Notes: generated by a model from the letters alone, not told the origin. Counted from the first letter of the stretch, positions 22,751 through 35,203 are shown. The stretch: DNA of 64,000 nucleotides from Thraustochytrium aureum (GCA_012862495.1 BLSG01000391.1:355760-419759); one strand, 5' to 3'. Numbers and translations: made by a program.

Positions 22751-24115
22751 ATGGAGCCGGATAATACGGACGCGCCGAGCGGCGAAGAGATGCAGCATAG
22801 CCAAACGGGGAGCGACCAAGAGCTGGCCGAACACGAGCCCGTGTCCCTGATGAAGAGGCGCAGGGGCGTGCTTGAGCAGCCCTTGTCCGAGTCCGAGGCC
22901 GTCGTGACCTGCTACCGCGGGGGGCACAGGTTTAAGGTGAGCTCCTTCTCGCTGCACCTTCGGGCCTCGACGAACGCGAACTGCTCGAGGAGCGCGCCGT
23001 TCAGCGTGGGCGGGTTCAACTTTGAGCTGCTGCTGTTCCCCAAGAGCGAAATACGCAGCGACTACTTGAGCCTCTACGTGCGCTTCATCGGCCCGCAGGC
23101 GCAGTGCCAGGCCAGCTGGTCGCTCCGGTGCGTCAACCAGCTCAACCCTGCGCACACGCTCGAAAAGGGCTGGGACAAAGGCGACATGAGAAACGAGTTT
23201 TCCAAGGGCCGCCACTGGGGCTGGAGCAAATTCGTCAAAAGGGCCAAGCTGATGGACGAGCGGCGGGGCTTTATACAGAACGACACGATCTTCTTCGAGG
23301 CAAGTCTCGTCGTGCTGGGCAACATAGAATTGCTCAGCGCGGATGGCGCGCCCGCACCGGCCAACACGCTCGGGCGCGACCTGTCCGCCTTGCTGGAATC
23401 GGGCGATCTCCACGATGTTGAATTTGTTCTGGACGGTGGCCGGACGGTCCTCAAGGCGCACAGCCAAATTCTCGTGGCCCGCTCGCCGGTGATGGCGCGA
23501 ATGCTGTGCGGCGGCTTCCGGGAGACTGTCATCCCGCCAGCACCCGAGGAGCCTGCGCCCGTCCCGGACGAGGAGGGCCTGGAGGTTCCCGCGCCAAGCG
23601 GGGGTGGGGGCGCGAGCGACACGCCGTCGTCTTCGCTACAGGAGCAGGCTTCGACAAGCGATCCGCTGTCGCAGGGAGCGCCGCTTTGCACTAGCGACGC
23701 ATGCGCGCCAAGCGTTGCGCCAGGAGCGGTAGGGTCTCGGGTGGGCTCAGCGCCAGCATCGCCAAGCCCCGCCCGCGTGACCAGTGTAACAGTGACGGAC
23801 ATCAGCGGGACTGTGTTTCGCGAGCTGTTGCACTTTCTGTACAGCGGGGAGCTCAATTCAAATCTGACCGACCCAGTCCAAAGCACCCCGCCGCGTGCCT
23901 TCTCGCAAAAGGTTTGCCTCAAGCGGCGCATCACACAGCTGGATGAGTGCGAAAATGGCGAGGATGGCAGGAGTCGGGGCGCTTTCGGCAGTGCGGACAG
24001 CGTCCCAAGCACTGGACGGGCGCAAAAGCTGCTGCGCACTGCCGAGGGGGCTCTCCCAAGCACTAGCTCGCAGACGTGGGGCGAGCAGGTGCCGAGCTCC
24101 CCAACACCCTCGGGC
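22751..24115 (+). CDS. MATH-BTB (SPOP/BPM-like) Cullin-3 adaptor; 3' end lost in gap
   Basis: MATH: RSAPFSVGGFNFELLLFP…YLSLYV…WGWSKFVKRAKL…GFIQND. BTB: HDVEFV…KAHSQILVARSPVMARML…VTDISGTVFRELLHFLYSG. Confidence 0.9.
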
Positions 24116-24959
24116 NNNNNNNNNNNNNNNNNNNNNNNNNNNNNNNNNNNNNNNNNNNNNNNNNNNNNNNNNNNNNNNNNNNNNNNNNNNNNNNNNNNNN
24201 NNNNNNNNNNNNNNNNNNNNNNNNNNNNNNNNNNNNNNNNNNNNNNNNNNNNNNNNNNNNNNNNNNNNNNNNNNNNNNNNNNNNNNNNNNNNNNNNNNNN
24301 NNNNNNNNNNNNNNNNNNNNNNNNNNNNNNNNNNNNNNNNNNNNNNNNNNNNNNNNNNNNNNNNNNNNNNNNNNNNNNNNNNNNNNNNNNNNNNNNNNNN
24401 NNNNNNNNNNNNNNNNNNNNNNNNNNNNNNNNNNNNNNNNNNNNNNNNNNNNNNNNNNNNNNNNNNNNNNNNNNNNNNNNNNNNNNNNNNNNNNNNNNNN
24501 NNNNNNNNNNNNNNNNNNNNNNNNNNNNNNNNNNNNNNNNNNNNNNNNNNNNNNNNNNNNNNNNNNNNNNNNNNNNNNNNNNNNNNNNNNNNNNNNNNNN
24601 NNNNNNNNNNNNNNNNNNNNNNNNNNNNNNNNNNNNNNNNNNNNNNNNNNNNNNNNNNNNNNNNNNNNNNNNNNNNNNNNNNNNNNNNNNNNNNNNNNNN
24701 NNNNNNNNNNNNNNNNNNNNNNNNNNNNNNNNNNNNNNNNNNNNNNNNNNNNNNNNNNNNNNNNNNNNNNNNNNNNNNNNNNNNNNNNNNNNNNNNNNNN
24801 NNNNNNNNNNNNNNNNNNNNNNNNNNNNNNNNNNNNNNNNNNNNNNNNNNNNNNNNNNNNNNNNNNNNNNNNNNNNNNNNNNNNNNNNNNNNNNNAGCGT
24901 TTTTACCGTTAACGACCCCCATGCGCGCGAGGCATTGCGCACGAAGGCGTCGTTCGTTG

Positions 24960-25325
24960 CCAGGCGGCGCGGCCGTGCGGCATCGCACGCAGAGTCGACT
25001 TCGTTAGTTGCCAAGGCGTCGCAGCCGTGAGCCATCTTGCGCAAAGTCGGCGTCGCAGCCGGGCGGCATCGCACGCAGAGCCGACTTCGTTGGTGCATCT
25101 TGCGCAAAGTCGGCGCTGGCTTGCTCGGCGGGCGTAGCGGGAAGGCATCGCGCAAAGTCGTCGTCGTCGTCGTCGTCGTCGTCGTCTATTGGCTCAGCGT
25201 CGCGGCGAGGCATCGTGCACGACCTCGTCGTCGTAGAGGCGAGGCATCGATTGCACGACCTTGTCGTCGTAGAGGCGAGGCATTGATTGCACAAAGTCGA
25301 GGTCGCAGTGGCGAGGCGTTGTGGC
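24960..25325. repeat. Degenerate minisatellite cluster with (GTC)n
   Basis: gcatcgcacgcagag.cgacttcgtt x2; catcttgcgcaaagtcggcg x2; about 36-bp gaggca..gattgcacgacct.gtcgtcgtagaggc x2-3; (gtc)n at about 25157-25186. Confidence 0.75.
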
Positions 25326-25406
25326 ATTTCATCGTCGCCGCTGCCGCCGCCGCCGTCGTCGTTGGTTGGCTTCCGCGCAGTCTGTTACGGTTCGGGAGGG
25401 TGGGCG

Positions 25407-27124
25407 ATGTCGAGCACGCTGAATGCGCTCAAAGCGAAGAGCAGCGCCAAGCTGCTGGAGGAGAAGAGGGCGATCGACAGGAAGCGCGAGCTCGTGGCAC
25501 TCACGCTGCACTTTTTGGTCGACCAGGGGTTTGTCGCCGCCGCGGAATCGCTGCAGCAAGAAGCAGGTGAGTCAATGGAAACGCGCAGGCGCCGCGCGGT
25601 TCAGGCCTCGCAAGCTGACGAGGCGGCCGCGGTGAGAGCGCAGGCGTGTCTTTAAGCAAGTTTGAGGTCGCAGACAACGTCGACCTTCAAGTAAGTTGGT
25701 TGATCCATTTGGCGGGGTCTGCTCTAGCGCTGTGCGGTATGCTGACGGCGCTGTGGCGCAGCTGGTATTCCAGCACTTCCTCGAGTACTATGAGATGCGG
25801 TTCGGCCGCGCCCCAAAGGTCCTGCGCAAGCTGACTGTCGAGGAGGCCGCCGCGAAGAAGGTGGCACTGCGCAACGGCGGCCTCCCCCAGCGCTTCGGCA
25901 CCAACAGATGGAGCCAAGGGCGCGCCGGTCGGCTCGGGTGGGCCGTTAAGGCGGCCAGCTCACCCGCGGACAGACCGGCGCGAGGAACTGCAAGAGAGGC
26001 GCACCGATCGGGGCAGGGCAGCAGAGGAGGACGAAGGGGCAGAGAAGGACACTTGCGCGGCGATTAGCGTGAGCGGACGGGCCGTGCGGAACCAGGCCGA
26101 AGAAGATGAAGAGGAGGAAAGCGGGCCAGAGCAGCGGCTCTTAAAACCTCTTTCGTTGTTTCTGGACGGCTCATCGAGCGAAACGCGCGAGCTGGCCCTT
26201 TTAATTTCCCGAGACATCTTCACGGAGAACCCAAACGTGCGCTGGGAAGACGTGGTCGGCTTGGACGACGCAAAGAGGCTGCTCAAAGAAGCCGTGGTCA
26301 TGCCCATAAAGTACCCGGACCTGTTTCACGGCGGGCTCATCGCCCCCTGGAAGGGCGTCCTGTTGTACGGGCCGCCAGGGACTGGCAAGACTATGCTCGC
26401 CAAGGCGGTCGCGACCGAGTGCCGCACGACCTTCTTCAACATCTCGGCCTCCTCGATTGTGAGCAGGTATCGCGGCGACTCGGAGAAGCTGGTGCGCATC
26501 TTGTTTGAGCTGGCCCGGTATCACGCGCCGTCGACGATCTTTTTGGACGAGATTGACTCAATCATGGGCCAGCGAGGCGGTGGCGGGAACGAGCACGAGG
26601 CGAGCCGAAGGATGAAGACCGAGTTGCTCATCCAGATGGACGGTCTTGCGCGCAGCAGCGACGCGAGCGGCGTTTTCATCCTGGCTGCCAGCAACCTTCC
26701 TTGGGAGCTTGATGGCGCTCTGCTCCGCCGCTTGGAGAAGCGCGTGCTCGTGCAGCTGCCCGGAGAGGCGGGCCGCCGCGCGGTCTTCGAGAAGAACCTC
26801 CCGCCGCACGACCCCCGTACCAGCGGCATCGACTACGGGGCGCTGGCGGCCTCCACGGAGGGGTATTCGTGTGCAGACGTGGCCCTTGTCTGCAAGGAAG
26901 CTGCCATGTACCCGATGCGTCGTCTCATGGCGGATCTAGAGGCCTTTGAGGCGGCTCGCGGAGGTCCGCGGCAAGGCAGGCCGGTGCAAGCGCCGGCGGA
27001 GATGGCTCTTGGGCCGGTGACGAACGGGGACGCCGTGCAGGCGCTCGCCAATACGCGCCCAGCCAACCTCCTGCAGTCGATGGAGGCGTTCCGGAGCTGG
27101 CAGGCCGAGTTTGGCTCAACCTAA
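25407..27124 (+). CDS. KATNAL2: Katanin p60 ATPase subunit A-like 2 (LisH + AAA); exons 25407-25566, 25644-25690, 25762-27124 with a frameshift in the C5 run at 25884-25888
   Basis: Lis[17 protein letters not shown]…[17 protein letters not shown]…[66 protein letters not shown] introns 25567-25643 and 25691-25761. Confidence 0.9.
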
Positions 27125-28429
27125 GTCAAATAGATCGAGTTCTCCGCAGGTGTAGACTGATTGATTGAGCACGCTTGCGCCGGCACTTGCCTGCACGTGC
27201 AGCGTCGAACACTTTATGAGCCGTTTCTCCTTGGTTTCGGGCCCCGCGCCGTCCGCGATGGCTGCTCTCGCATCACAGATAGCATCCTTCTTCAAGTTGG
27301 TCGCATGCAAGCCGGTAACCACGAGGCCATCCGCGTCCGGTGCCGCGGCTTGCACGGATCGAGTCGGTCCGTCGCTTGCTGGGCGATTTGCTTGGCCCAA
27401 CTCGACCAACCACGAGCCTCGATTCGTTGTCTTTCACCAATCAAGGAAACGGACGGACGCCAGCACGAGCGGTGTCGTGCGCCACCCACCGCTGCTCGCT
27501 GCGCTGATGTTTTCGCCTGGCCCACGAGCTTGCCCGCGCGCACCACTACCAAGGAAGATACTACGTCAAACAGAAAGCGTCTTGCTTTTCCAAAAGCGAG
27601 CGAGCGGTCTGTCNNNNNNNNNNNNNNNNNNNNNNNNNNNNNNNNNNNNNNNNNNNNNNNNNNNNNNNNNNNNNNNNNNNNNNNNNNNNNNNNNNNNNNN
27701 NNNNNNNNNNNNNNNNNNNNNNNNNNNNNNNNNNNNNNNNNNNNNNNNNNNNNNNNNNNNNNNNNNNNNNNNNNNNNNNNNNNNNNNNNNNNNNNNNNNN
27801 NNNNNNNNNNNNNNNTGCTTGCTGCTGCCTGCCTGTCTGCGCGGCCAGGATTCTTTTCTTGGCTGCGAGCAAGAAGAGCACCGCGAGCAGCGAGAGCGAG
27901 CCCCAGCAAAAAACAAGCAGCATCAACGATCGACCGATCGATTGTCAGTCATCCCCGTCATCGTCGTCACACGGCGCGACTGGTTGGCGTCCCACCGTCG
28001 GCTAAAACAGCGATACCTCCGTCGCTCATTGACGAAGGACGATTCTACGAGGAACGAAAGATACTTGTCCGCGTCGAGCGGTCCTCGAAGTATCCTCTCG
28101 GCGACGCGATGAGAGGGGCACGGACGGCACTGTGCAGTGCAGAGAGAAAAGCGAGCGGCGCCCTCACAAGGCCGCGACGCCTCACAGCTTGGGCCCCTCC
28201 CAACGGCCGCTCTCCCCTCACAGCGAAACGTCCCTCAAATTCCGAAAGCGAGCTCGTTTCCTGTTTCTTGCTTCCAGACTCTTTCCCTCAAGGATACGAC
28301 CTGAGAGACAAGTTCCCTGCGTCCCACGATCCAAGCACGGAACAACTTGAGGCAGCAGCATTCAGCTTCACAACTTGAAGCCCAAATCCGCGATGCACAA
28401 AACCCTCGCCCTCCTCCACACACTCGCCC

Positions 28430-28810
28430 TCCCTGCTCCAGTCCCAGCCACCCAGACACCTCCACACTATCAACACCATCCCCTCCCTGCCACAATCGCC
28501 ACTTCCCCTCTGCCCCTCCCTGCTACAATCGCCGCTTTCTATCTGCCCCTCCCTGCTTCCTGGCCCTCGCGTCCCAGAGGGCGCGTCCCTCCGCGCTCTC
28601 AAGAGTCTCCGAATTGGGCTTCCCTCTCTCAGTGGCTTCTGGGGCCATGAGTGTGTGTCCCAAATTTACCTCAAGAGTCTCCGAGTTTCGCTTCCTCCTC
28701 TCAGTGGCTTTTGGGGCCATGAGGGGGCGCGGGCAGGGAGGGGCAGCGATTGGGCGTGACAGGCAGGAAGGTGGGATGGGATGGGATGGCAGGGGCAGGG
28801 CAGCAGACCC
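28430..28810. repeat. C-rich short repeats, a duplicated block at 72-bp spacing and a G-rich tract upstream of the cyclin
   Basis: cccctccctgc.acaatcgcc repeats; tcaagagtctccga…ctctcagtggctt.tggggccatgag twice; gggatgggatgggatgg. Confidence 0.7.
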
Positions 28811-28973
28811 CGAACGCGTTGGACGCGCAGCACGCACGAGGCAGGCGCTGCTGCAGAGAGTAGCCGTCGAGGCGCCCCGCGGTACCGAAGCGTAAGTTGC
28901 GTCTCGCGCTCCCCACCGGCTCGCTCGCTCGTTCAATCGCTTGCTGGCTCGGTCGACACGAGCGAGGATCGCC

Positions 28974-29031
28974 GGATGATGGACGGATGGATGGATGGAT
29001 TGATGGATGGATGGGCGGATGGACGGATGGG
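28974..29031. repeat. (GGAT)n-like microsatellite
   Basis: ggatgatggacggatggatggatggattgatggatggatgggcggatgg. Confidence 0.8.
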
Positions 29032-29348
29032 CTGTTGAGCGCCCTGTGTATCTATCTCTCTTGCTATCTATGTGCCTATCTGTCGATGGATGTGTGGCTC
29101 GCGTGCGTTGCTGGGGCCGGGCGTGGCTGACGGCATGGACGGACGGACGCCGTCGCGACGATGATGATGCGGACAGACAGGACCTGGCAACTTGCTTGCC
29201 TTGCCGCAAAGCACCACGTGGCGCTGTGGTGCGGGATGAAAGGTGGCGCGACCCGCTGAGTCTGGCTTGCTTGTCGAAACGGTGTCGAGCTGGGCGGGGC
29301 CAGCAAGGGTCGAGTCGCGCGGTTGGCCGAAAGGCGAGCGAACGAGGA

Positions 29349-30383
29349 ATGCAGGATGATCGGATGGGCGCGGGCGGGGCGGAAGCGCCAAAGAGCGGCC
29401 TTGGGGTTGCGCAAGGCGCCGGCCTGCAGGTTGACGTCAGCGACGAGGTGACCGAGCAGTTTGGGCTGTGGGCGGAGAGCCGAGCGGACGGGTTTGCGGA
29501 CCAAGCGAGCTTTGATGAGCGCTCGGTGCAGGGCCGCGCACCGCAGTGCGAGGTGCGCGGGAGGCTGTTGGACATGCTGGACAAGGAGCGTAGGTACGGG
29601 AAATTGGAGGACTACATCGCCAAGGTGCAGCGGCACGGGATGCGCCCCGTTTGGCGCTCGCGCCTGTTCGAGTGGCTCTTCGAGTTTGTGGACGAGTTTG
29701 ACCTGGGCGTGGCAACCGTGGCCACCGCGATCAACTTTGTCGACCGGTACCTGAGCCAGGTGAGCACCAAGAAGAGCATCATGCAGCTGCTGGCCCTGAC
29801 CGCGATCCTCGTCGCAAGCAAGCTCCACGAGCCCCGGCCGCTTGGCATGGCCGAGCTCCGGTCCCTCGCAGACGGCGTGTACCTCGAGTCGGACATCAGG
29901 CTCATGGAGCTCGAGCTCCTCCGGGTCCTCGACTGGAAGGTCGCCCCCATAACGCCCTACTGCTTCCTGCGGTACCTCATCGCCTATTTTGACGACGTGG
30001 ACGCCAAGACCCGGGAGCGCCTGCTCGCCTTCGCCGAAACCTTTCTCGAGATCGTGCTCTGCGAGTACCCCTTTGTCCACTTCTCGCCGTCCGAGTGCGC
30101 GACCGCGAGCCTGCTCTGCGCCTTGGACAGCTGCAAGCTGGCTCTCGACGGCCCGGCCTCGTCGATCTGCCGCGCCGGGCTCCTTGACGGCTCCCGCGTG
30201 GCAGATTGCAAAGCTCTGCTGCTTTGCTATGCTCGAGACGTCTTCCCAGAGCTCTTCCGGTCAGAAGATGTGGTGTCTCCTGACTGCGTTGCAGACACCT
30301 GCCTCTTTGAGGACGACTCCGCCTCGCCGCGCGGCGCCAAGGGTCCTTTGGATGGACCGTTTTCTAGCGCGTGGGCCGAGTGA
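29349..30383 (+). CDS. Cyclin (D-like cyclin box)
   Basis: WRSRLFEWLFEF…AINFVDRYLS…QLLALTAILVASKLHE…IRLMELELLRVLDWKVAPITPYCFL; cyclin C-terminal fold FSPSECATASLL. Confidence 0.92.
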   Translation: MQDDRMGAGGAEAPKSGLGVAQGAGLQVDVSDEVTEQFGLWAESRADGFADQASFDERSVQGRAPQCEVRGRLLDMLDKERRYGKLEDYIAKVQRHGMRPVWRSRLFEWLFEFVDEFDLGVATVATAINFVDRYLSQVSTKKSIMQLLALTAILVASKLHEPRPLGMAELRSLADGVYLESDIRLMELELLRVLDWKVAPITPYCFLRYLIAYFDDVDAKTRERLLAFAETFLEIVLCEYPFVHFSPSECATASLLCALDSCKLALDGPASSICRAGLLDGSRVADCKALLLCYARDVFPELFRSEDVVSPDCVADTCLFEDDSASPRGAKGPLDGPFSSAWAE

Positions 30384-30666
30384 GGACAGACCGACTGCGC
30401 GACGCTCGTCGCTGGGTGAACAACGGTCGAAACATGAATGAGCGCGGGCTTGGCGCCCGACTCGCCACAGTTTTCCTTTCCTCTTTCGCTTCTCGAGAAC
30501 AGCTAAACGTCTCTTCGCTTTTTACATCCGCCCTTCCCTTCCTATCATCGACTCGGGCGGAGACGCCGCCCGCTGGGGCATGGGCCCTCGCACATCCATG
30601 CTTGCCAGCGGCTGGGCAGAGGCCCTCGGCGCCGCCGCACACGTGGCAAACGAATCTCCCTTGCGC

Positions 30667-32511
30667 TCACTTGGCATCCCGCAGCGCCACCACGTACTGG
30701 CCCAAGTCATGGTCAAAGGCGCACGCGGACCCCTCGATCAGCGATAGCTCGCCAAACTCGGCAGCGCTCATCTTGTGCCACTCTCGAGAAGCGCTGATAT
30801 AGAACACGCTCCCGCAAAGCGTCGTCGCGCTCGCCGCTGACGTCGGTCCAAGCGCTCCGCTCGTTTCTGCTTGCTCGTCGTCGCTGCATCCGCCCTCTGC
30901 AGCGACGACGCCGCCACCGGTCTCCGCGGCGGCCCGGGCTAGCGCGGCAGCAACGGGCGAGTCGCCCAACGCGTCGAGGAACAAGCTTTCAAGCCGGTCA
31001 CCGGACGCGGTGTTTCGTTCCAGAGAGTCCAAAAACAGCTCGAGCTGGGCGACGCGGTCTCCGCTCAAGCGCGGGACAACATCCGCAGCGTTCGCGACGA
31101 TGCGCACAAATGCGCTGTTCTCCTCGGCAAAGGCCTCGCTGAAGGCAGGAACCGCGCCGAACGCGACAGTCTCGCAACGCGCGCCAGCGCCGCAGCCCGG
31201 AGCCAGCCAGTCGGCGTCACCAGCTGGCCCTGCGCGGTCCAATATCTCGTCACCGTTGTCGTCTGGGCTAGCCGCGTCGCCGCGCTCAGGGCCACTGGCG
31301 GGCCGCGCGAGGCAGCGGACAAGCGCCGCGAGCGCGATTGCAACCGCTCCGGCAAACCCATGCCCAACGAACACGAGGCGGAAGCCCTGCATGGAGTCCA
31401 TGGCCCTTGCTAGCGGGCCGCGCAACTCCGCGGGTTCCGCCCGCTGGCCCTGCTCTTCTGGGTCGACTCCGAAAACAGCGAGCTCGAAGAGTTTGTATGC
31501 CCGCGCAAGAACGGGTCCCAGGACGGCCGGGGTCTCACTATCTGCGTCGAGCGGAATGAGCTCCACCCTCCCGCTCACCAACCCCGTCGCGAGCGCAACG
31601 AGGTCGCGAACCCGACCCCCCGAGTTGTCGACACAGACAACGACCGAGCGTGTCAAGTAGTCGGACATGATGCGAAGATCGCTGGACTCGAATAGCAAGG
31701 CAGACGCGCTCGCAGGGCCGTTCGCGAGGCAGTTGCAGAGCTGGAGGGCCTCGCACCGGGCAGTCTCGTCCACTGCAACGCGAAACATTTCTGTTTGCGG
31801 CGATGCCCTCGGCCCCCCGCGCCCATGAACCAGTTGGAGGATCAGGAGAAGGTCGACCACGACAATTCTCCCACCCTCCTGCTCGGGCGGACCGAACTTG
31901 CCCAGCTCACCGCGGAAGAGGTCGATGCAACTTGTGACGAGATCCTGGTCCAGCCACTTGGGCCGCTCTTTCTGCAAAAGGTGCAGCGCGGTCAGGCTGA
32001 ACAGGTTGTGCTCGTTCGCTGTCCGAGACGCGTCGTCAGGGTCCTCCTCGGCCTCCACCTTGCTCTGCACGACGAGGTTGCCGAAGAACGCGCCGACTGT
32101 GAGCACCAGCGCGATGGCGCCGATGACGCGAATGTCGTCAAACGGCAGCGCCCTCGTCCACGTCATCCACTGGAGGCCCCAGGGCATCTCGCCCTCCTCT
32201 GGACCAAATCTTCGCGCAATGCGCTTCACTCCGCCAAAGGCAGCCTCCATGGCCGACCAGGTCACGTCCGATTCAAGCGCCCTGCGATCAAGCGCCGCGC
32301 GAGCAGCTTGGGCGGCCTTTTCCGCTTCTGCGACCCTGTCCTCGTTGGACAACCCTTGCACTTGGGCCACATTCCCCAGCGCGCCGACCAGGAGCAGGCC
32401 GGCTACTGCCCAGCCGCCAAGCCGTCCAGCGCCTGCACGATTGCCCCAGCAGCGCGACAACGGCGGCGTGGCCTGCGACTTCCGCGTCGGTCCCGGCCAA
32501 ATGTCGCACAT
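30667..32511 (-). CDS. Class-3 lipase-fold membrane protein (DAG-lipase-like), nucleophile Ser absent
   Basis: Signal/TM segments; VFVGHGFAGAVA (canonical GHSLGG), TVAFGAVP, IVANAADVVPRL, DHDLGQY. Confidence 0.75.
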   Translation of the reverse strand: MCDIWPGPTRKSQATPPLSRCWGNRAGAGRLGGWAVAGLLLVGALGNVAQVQGLSNEDRVAEAEKAAQAARAALDRRALESDVTWSAMEAAFGGVKRIARRFGPEEGEMPWGLQWMTWTRALPFDDIRVIGAIALVLTVGAFFGNLVVQSKVEAEEDPDDASRTANEHNLFSLTALHLLQKERPKWLDQDLVTSCIDLFRGELGKFGPPEQEGGRIVVVDLLLILQLVHGRGGPRASPQTEMFRVAVDETARCEALQLCNCLANGPASASALLFESSDLRIMSDYLTRSVVVCVDNSGGRVRDLVALATGLVSGRVELIPLDADSETPAVLGPVLARAYKLFELAVFGVDPEEQGQRAEPAELRGPLARAMDSMQGFRLVFVGHGFAGAVAIALAALVRCLARPASGPERGDAASPDDNGDEILDRAGPAGDADWLAPGCGAGARCETVAFGAVPAFSEAFAEENSAFVRIVANAADVVPRLSGDRVAQLELFLDSLERNTASGDRLESLFLDALGDSPVAAALARAAAETGGGVVAAEGGCSDDEQAETSGALGPTSAASATTLCGSVFYISASREWHKMSAAEFGELSLIEGSACAFDHDLGQYVVALRDAK

Positions 32512-32743
32512 TTCGTGCCAGAATCCTGCCCGACGGCCCCGATCCGCGCACGACGCCGGAGCCCCCGGGCGCACGCAGCGCGCCAGTCCCTCAACGATTG
32601 CCTCGGGCTTACGGCTCACAGGCCGGCTGCGCGCTCGGCAGGATGGATCGCGCGCGTCAGGATGGATCGAGTGATCGATCGATGGATGGGAGACTGCATG
32701 CCAGAGCAGGGCATTCTGGTGGCCAGAGCGCCGTCGACCGAAG

Positions 32744-32944
32744 ATGGACGGCGTGGCCGGCAGCGGTGAAGGCGGCGGGGCGGTGAAGAAGGAGAAGGCT
32801 GCAGGGATGGCGGGGCCTGAGGTNNNNNNNNNNNNNNNNNNNNNNNNNNNNNNNNNNNNNNNNNNNNNNNNNNNNNNNNNNNNNNNNNNNNNNNNNNNNN
32901 NNNNNNNNNNNNNAGGTGGCGCGACGCAAACGGAGCGTGTCGGA

Positions 32945-32976
<32 letters not shown>

Positions 32977-35203
32977 AGAGCAGCAGCAGCTCCGTCTTCC
33001 AGCAGCAGCTCGTCCTCCAGCAGCAGCTCGTCCTCCAGCAGCACTCGTCGTCCGTAGCAGCTCGTCGTCCAGTAGCAGCTCGTCGTCAAGTAGCAGCTCG
33101 TCGTCAAGTAGCAGCAGCAGCAGCAGCTCGTCCAGCAAGAGCAGCAGCAGCAGCTCATCCAGCAGCTCTGAGTCGAGCAAGTCGGAGACGAAGAAGACCA
33201 AAAAGGTGCTCAAAGCTGCGAAGAAGCAGGCCAAGAAGCAGAAGCTGGCCAAGAAGCAGAAGCTGGCCAAGGAGCAGAAGCTGGCCAAGAAGCAAAAGAA
33301 AAATCCCTCGAATGACCAAGCCACCGGCCCGAGCGTGGCTGTTGGAGGTGAGCACAATGGGCCCGCCAAGACGAAGACGAAAACCAGCACCTCGAATGGG
33401 CACGACCACAGTGCAAACAACAAAGTGGCCGCCTTGAAGGCGTCCAAAGCGGACGCAGCGGGCAGCGAGGACGACGATTCAAATTGCACGAGCAGCGCCT
33501 CGGACAAGGCCCGAAGCCGCGCAATCAAACGGCGCCTTGCCTCGCGCGCAAGCGAGAGCAGTAGTAGCCACAGCAGTGACAGTGGCGAAATCGCCGAGGT
33601 GGACATTGAAGCCATAAAGCGCAAGTACGGGATGCATTCCCTCATTGAGCCGGTCCCATTCGACGAGTCGTTGGACAACGTGGGAGCGGCTCCACAAGAG
33701 GCCACTGGCAACGTGCTCCGGGCTCTGCGCTGCGCTGAGTGCCGCGAAACCCTGTTCAAGCCCGTGTCGCTCTCGTGCGGGCACTCGGTGTGCAGGCTGT
33801 GCCTCATCCAGAACATCGTCCTCTCGGAGCGCGAGTACAGTAACGCTTCACTTGTCCATTGCCCAATCTGTGGCCATGCCGCCTGCAACAACTGCAGCCG
33901 CCAGTTTCAGGTGAACAAATCCTTGTGGGCTGCAATTCAGTGTGTTGAGTCTTCGGAAAAGCTCCGCACACGGGACTCTGGTGAGAGGGTCGCCTTCCGC
34001 GCCGCGTTTGCGCACCTGACGAAGAGGGAGGGCGACGAGTTCCAAGGCGAGCGCGACGAGTTCCAAGGCGGGCGCGACGAGGCGTCCATCTTTCCGCGAG
34101 GAAAAATGTTGCGATGGACTGCCCAGGACCCGCACGACCCGCTCAGGGTCCTTGCCCTGTGCGTTGTGATCGAGCCGAATCCCGTGCCGCTTTGGCTCCG
34201 CCAAGGCCGCCGTCCGGAGCCTGGTACATTTGCCAAGTGGGCTTTGCAAGTCGCGGTGTACGATCTGGAAGAGGACGAGTATGAGGACTCTGGCTTTCCG
34301 CTCCTCGTGCTACCCAACAAGGTGGAAGCAGCAATTTTGAGGGCGACGCGAATGACTTGCAGAGTCGTCGTCTCCGCCGGGCCCCGCGACAAAGATCTCA
34401 AAGTCGTCCAGAAAGCAACGGCGCAAACCTCGAGCGGCTTGGCGCAGGTCCCGCTCGACCCCCGCGCGCTCCCTTCTCGGTTTGACCTCGTCGTTTTTGA
34501 CGTCACCTGTGACCAGTACGAGGGCCTTCGGTGCCAAATCCGCGTAGAGTGCGACGCTGAGGCGGTTTCCGACGCGTTCGATGTGCGAGCGTCTAGGGGC
34601 CAGAGGCCACGCGACGATGGTTCAGACGGCAACGAGGACGCGGGCGCGATTGACTTGGAAGCAGAGAGCGATGACGAGGATGAGGAAGAGGACGAGGACG
34701 AAGAAGCCTCGGATGACAGCTTTGTCGTGAAGGACGACCACAGCGACGGCGACGACGACGATGACGGCGACGGGGACCACGAGTCTAGTGACGAAAACGA
34801 CTCGCACAGCGAAGCGAGCTACGTGGAAGACGAGGACGCGGCTAGCGAGTCGGTTGAATCCTCTAGCGAGGAGAACGGGGACGACGAGGACGATGAGAAG
34901 AAGGAAATGGAAGAGCCCGCGGCACAGTCTGTGAACTCGGCTGGCAGCAGGACGGCTCCACCCCCAGCTCGAGCCGCGCCGGGTCAGCGTGCGAAAGGTG
35001 GCGCGGAGGACAGGCGCGGTGCGGTCCAAGTTGGAGGCGCTTCAGTTGGCGGAGAAGATGCTGATTTTGCTCCGGCTGTCAAGCGCACGACAGCTCCAAC
35101 ACCGAAGAAGCGGCCGCCCCCAACCCCCGCTTCGCAATCTAGCACGAGGAAGCGGCCGCGCAAGCGGGTCGTGGTTGAGACGTCTGATGACGAAGCGAGC
35201 TAG
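32744..35203 (+). CDS. RING-finger protein with poly-Q/S tracts, KKQKLA repeats and acidic tail; short gap 32824-32913
   Basis: C3HC4: CAEC…PVSLSCGHSVCRLC…CPICG followed by VNKSLWAAI; C-terminal basic NLS-like RKRPRKR. Confidence 0.85.

Noticed and set aside
32512..33891. N-terminal half of the 1074-aa minus-strand ORF 30667..33891
   Set aside because: It is the antisense of the low-complexity RING gene and is joined across an N gap; only 30667..32511 looks real
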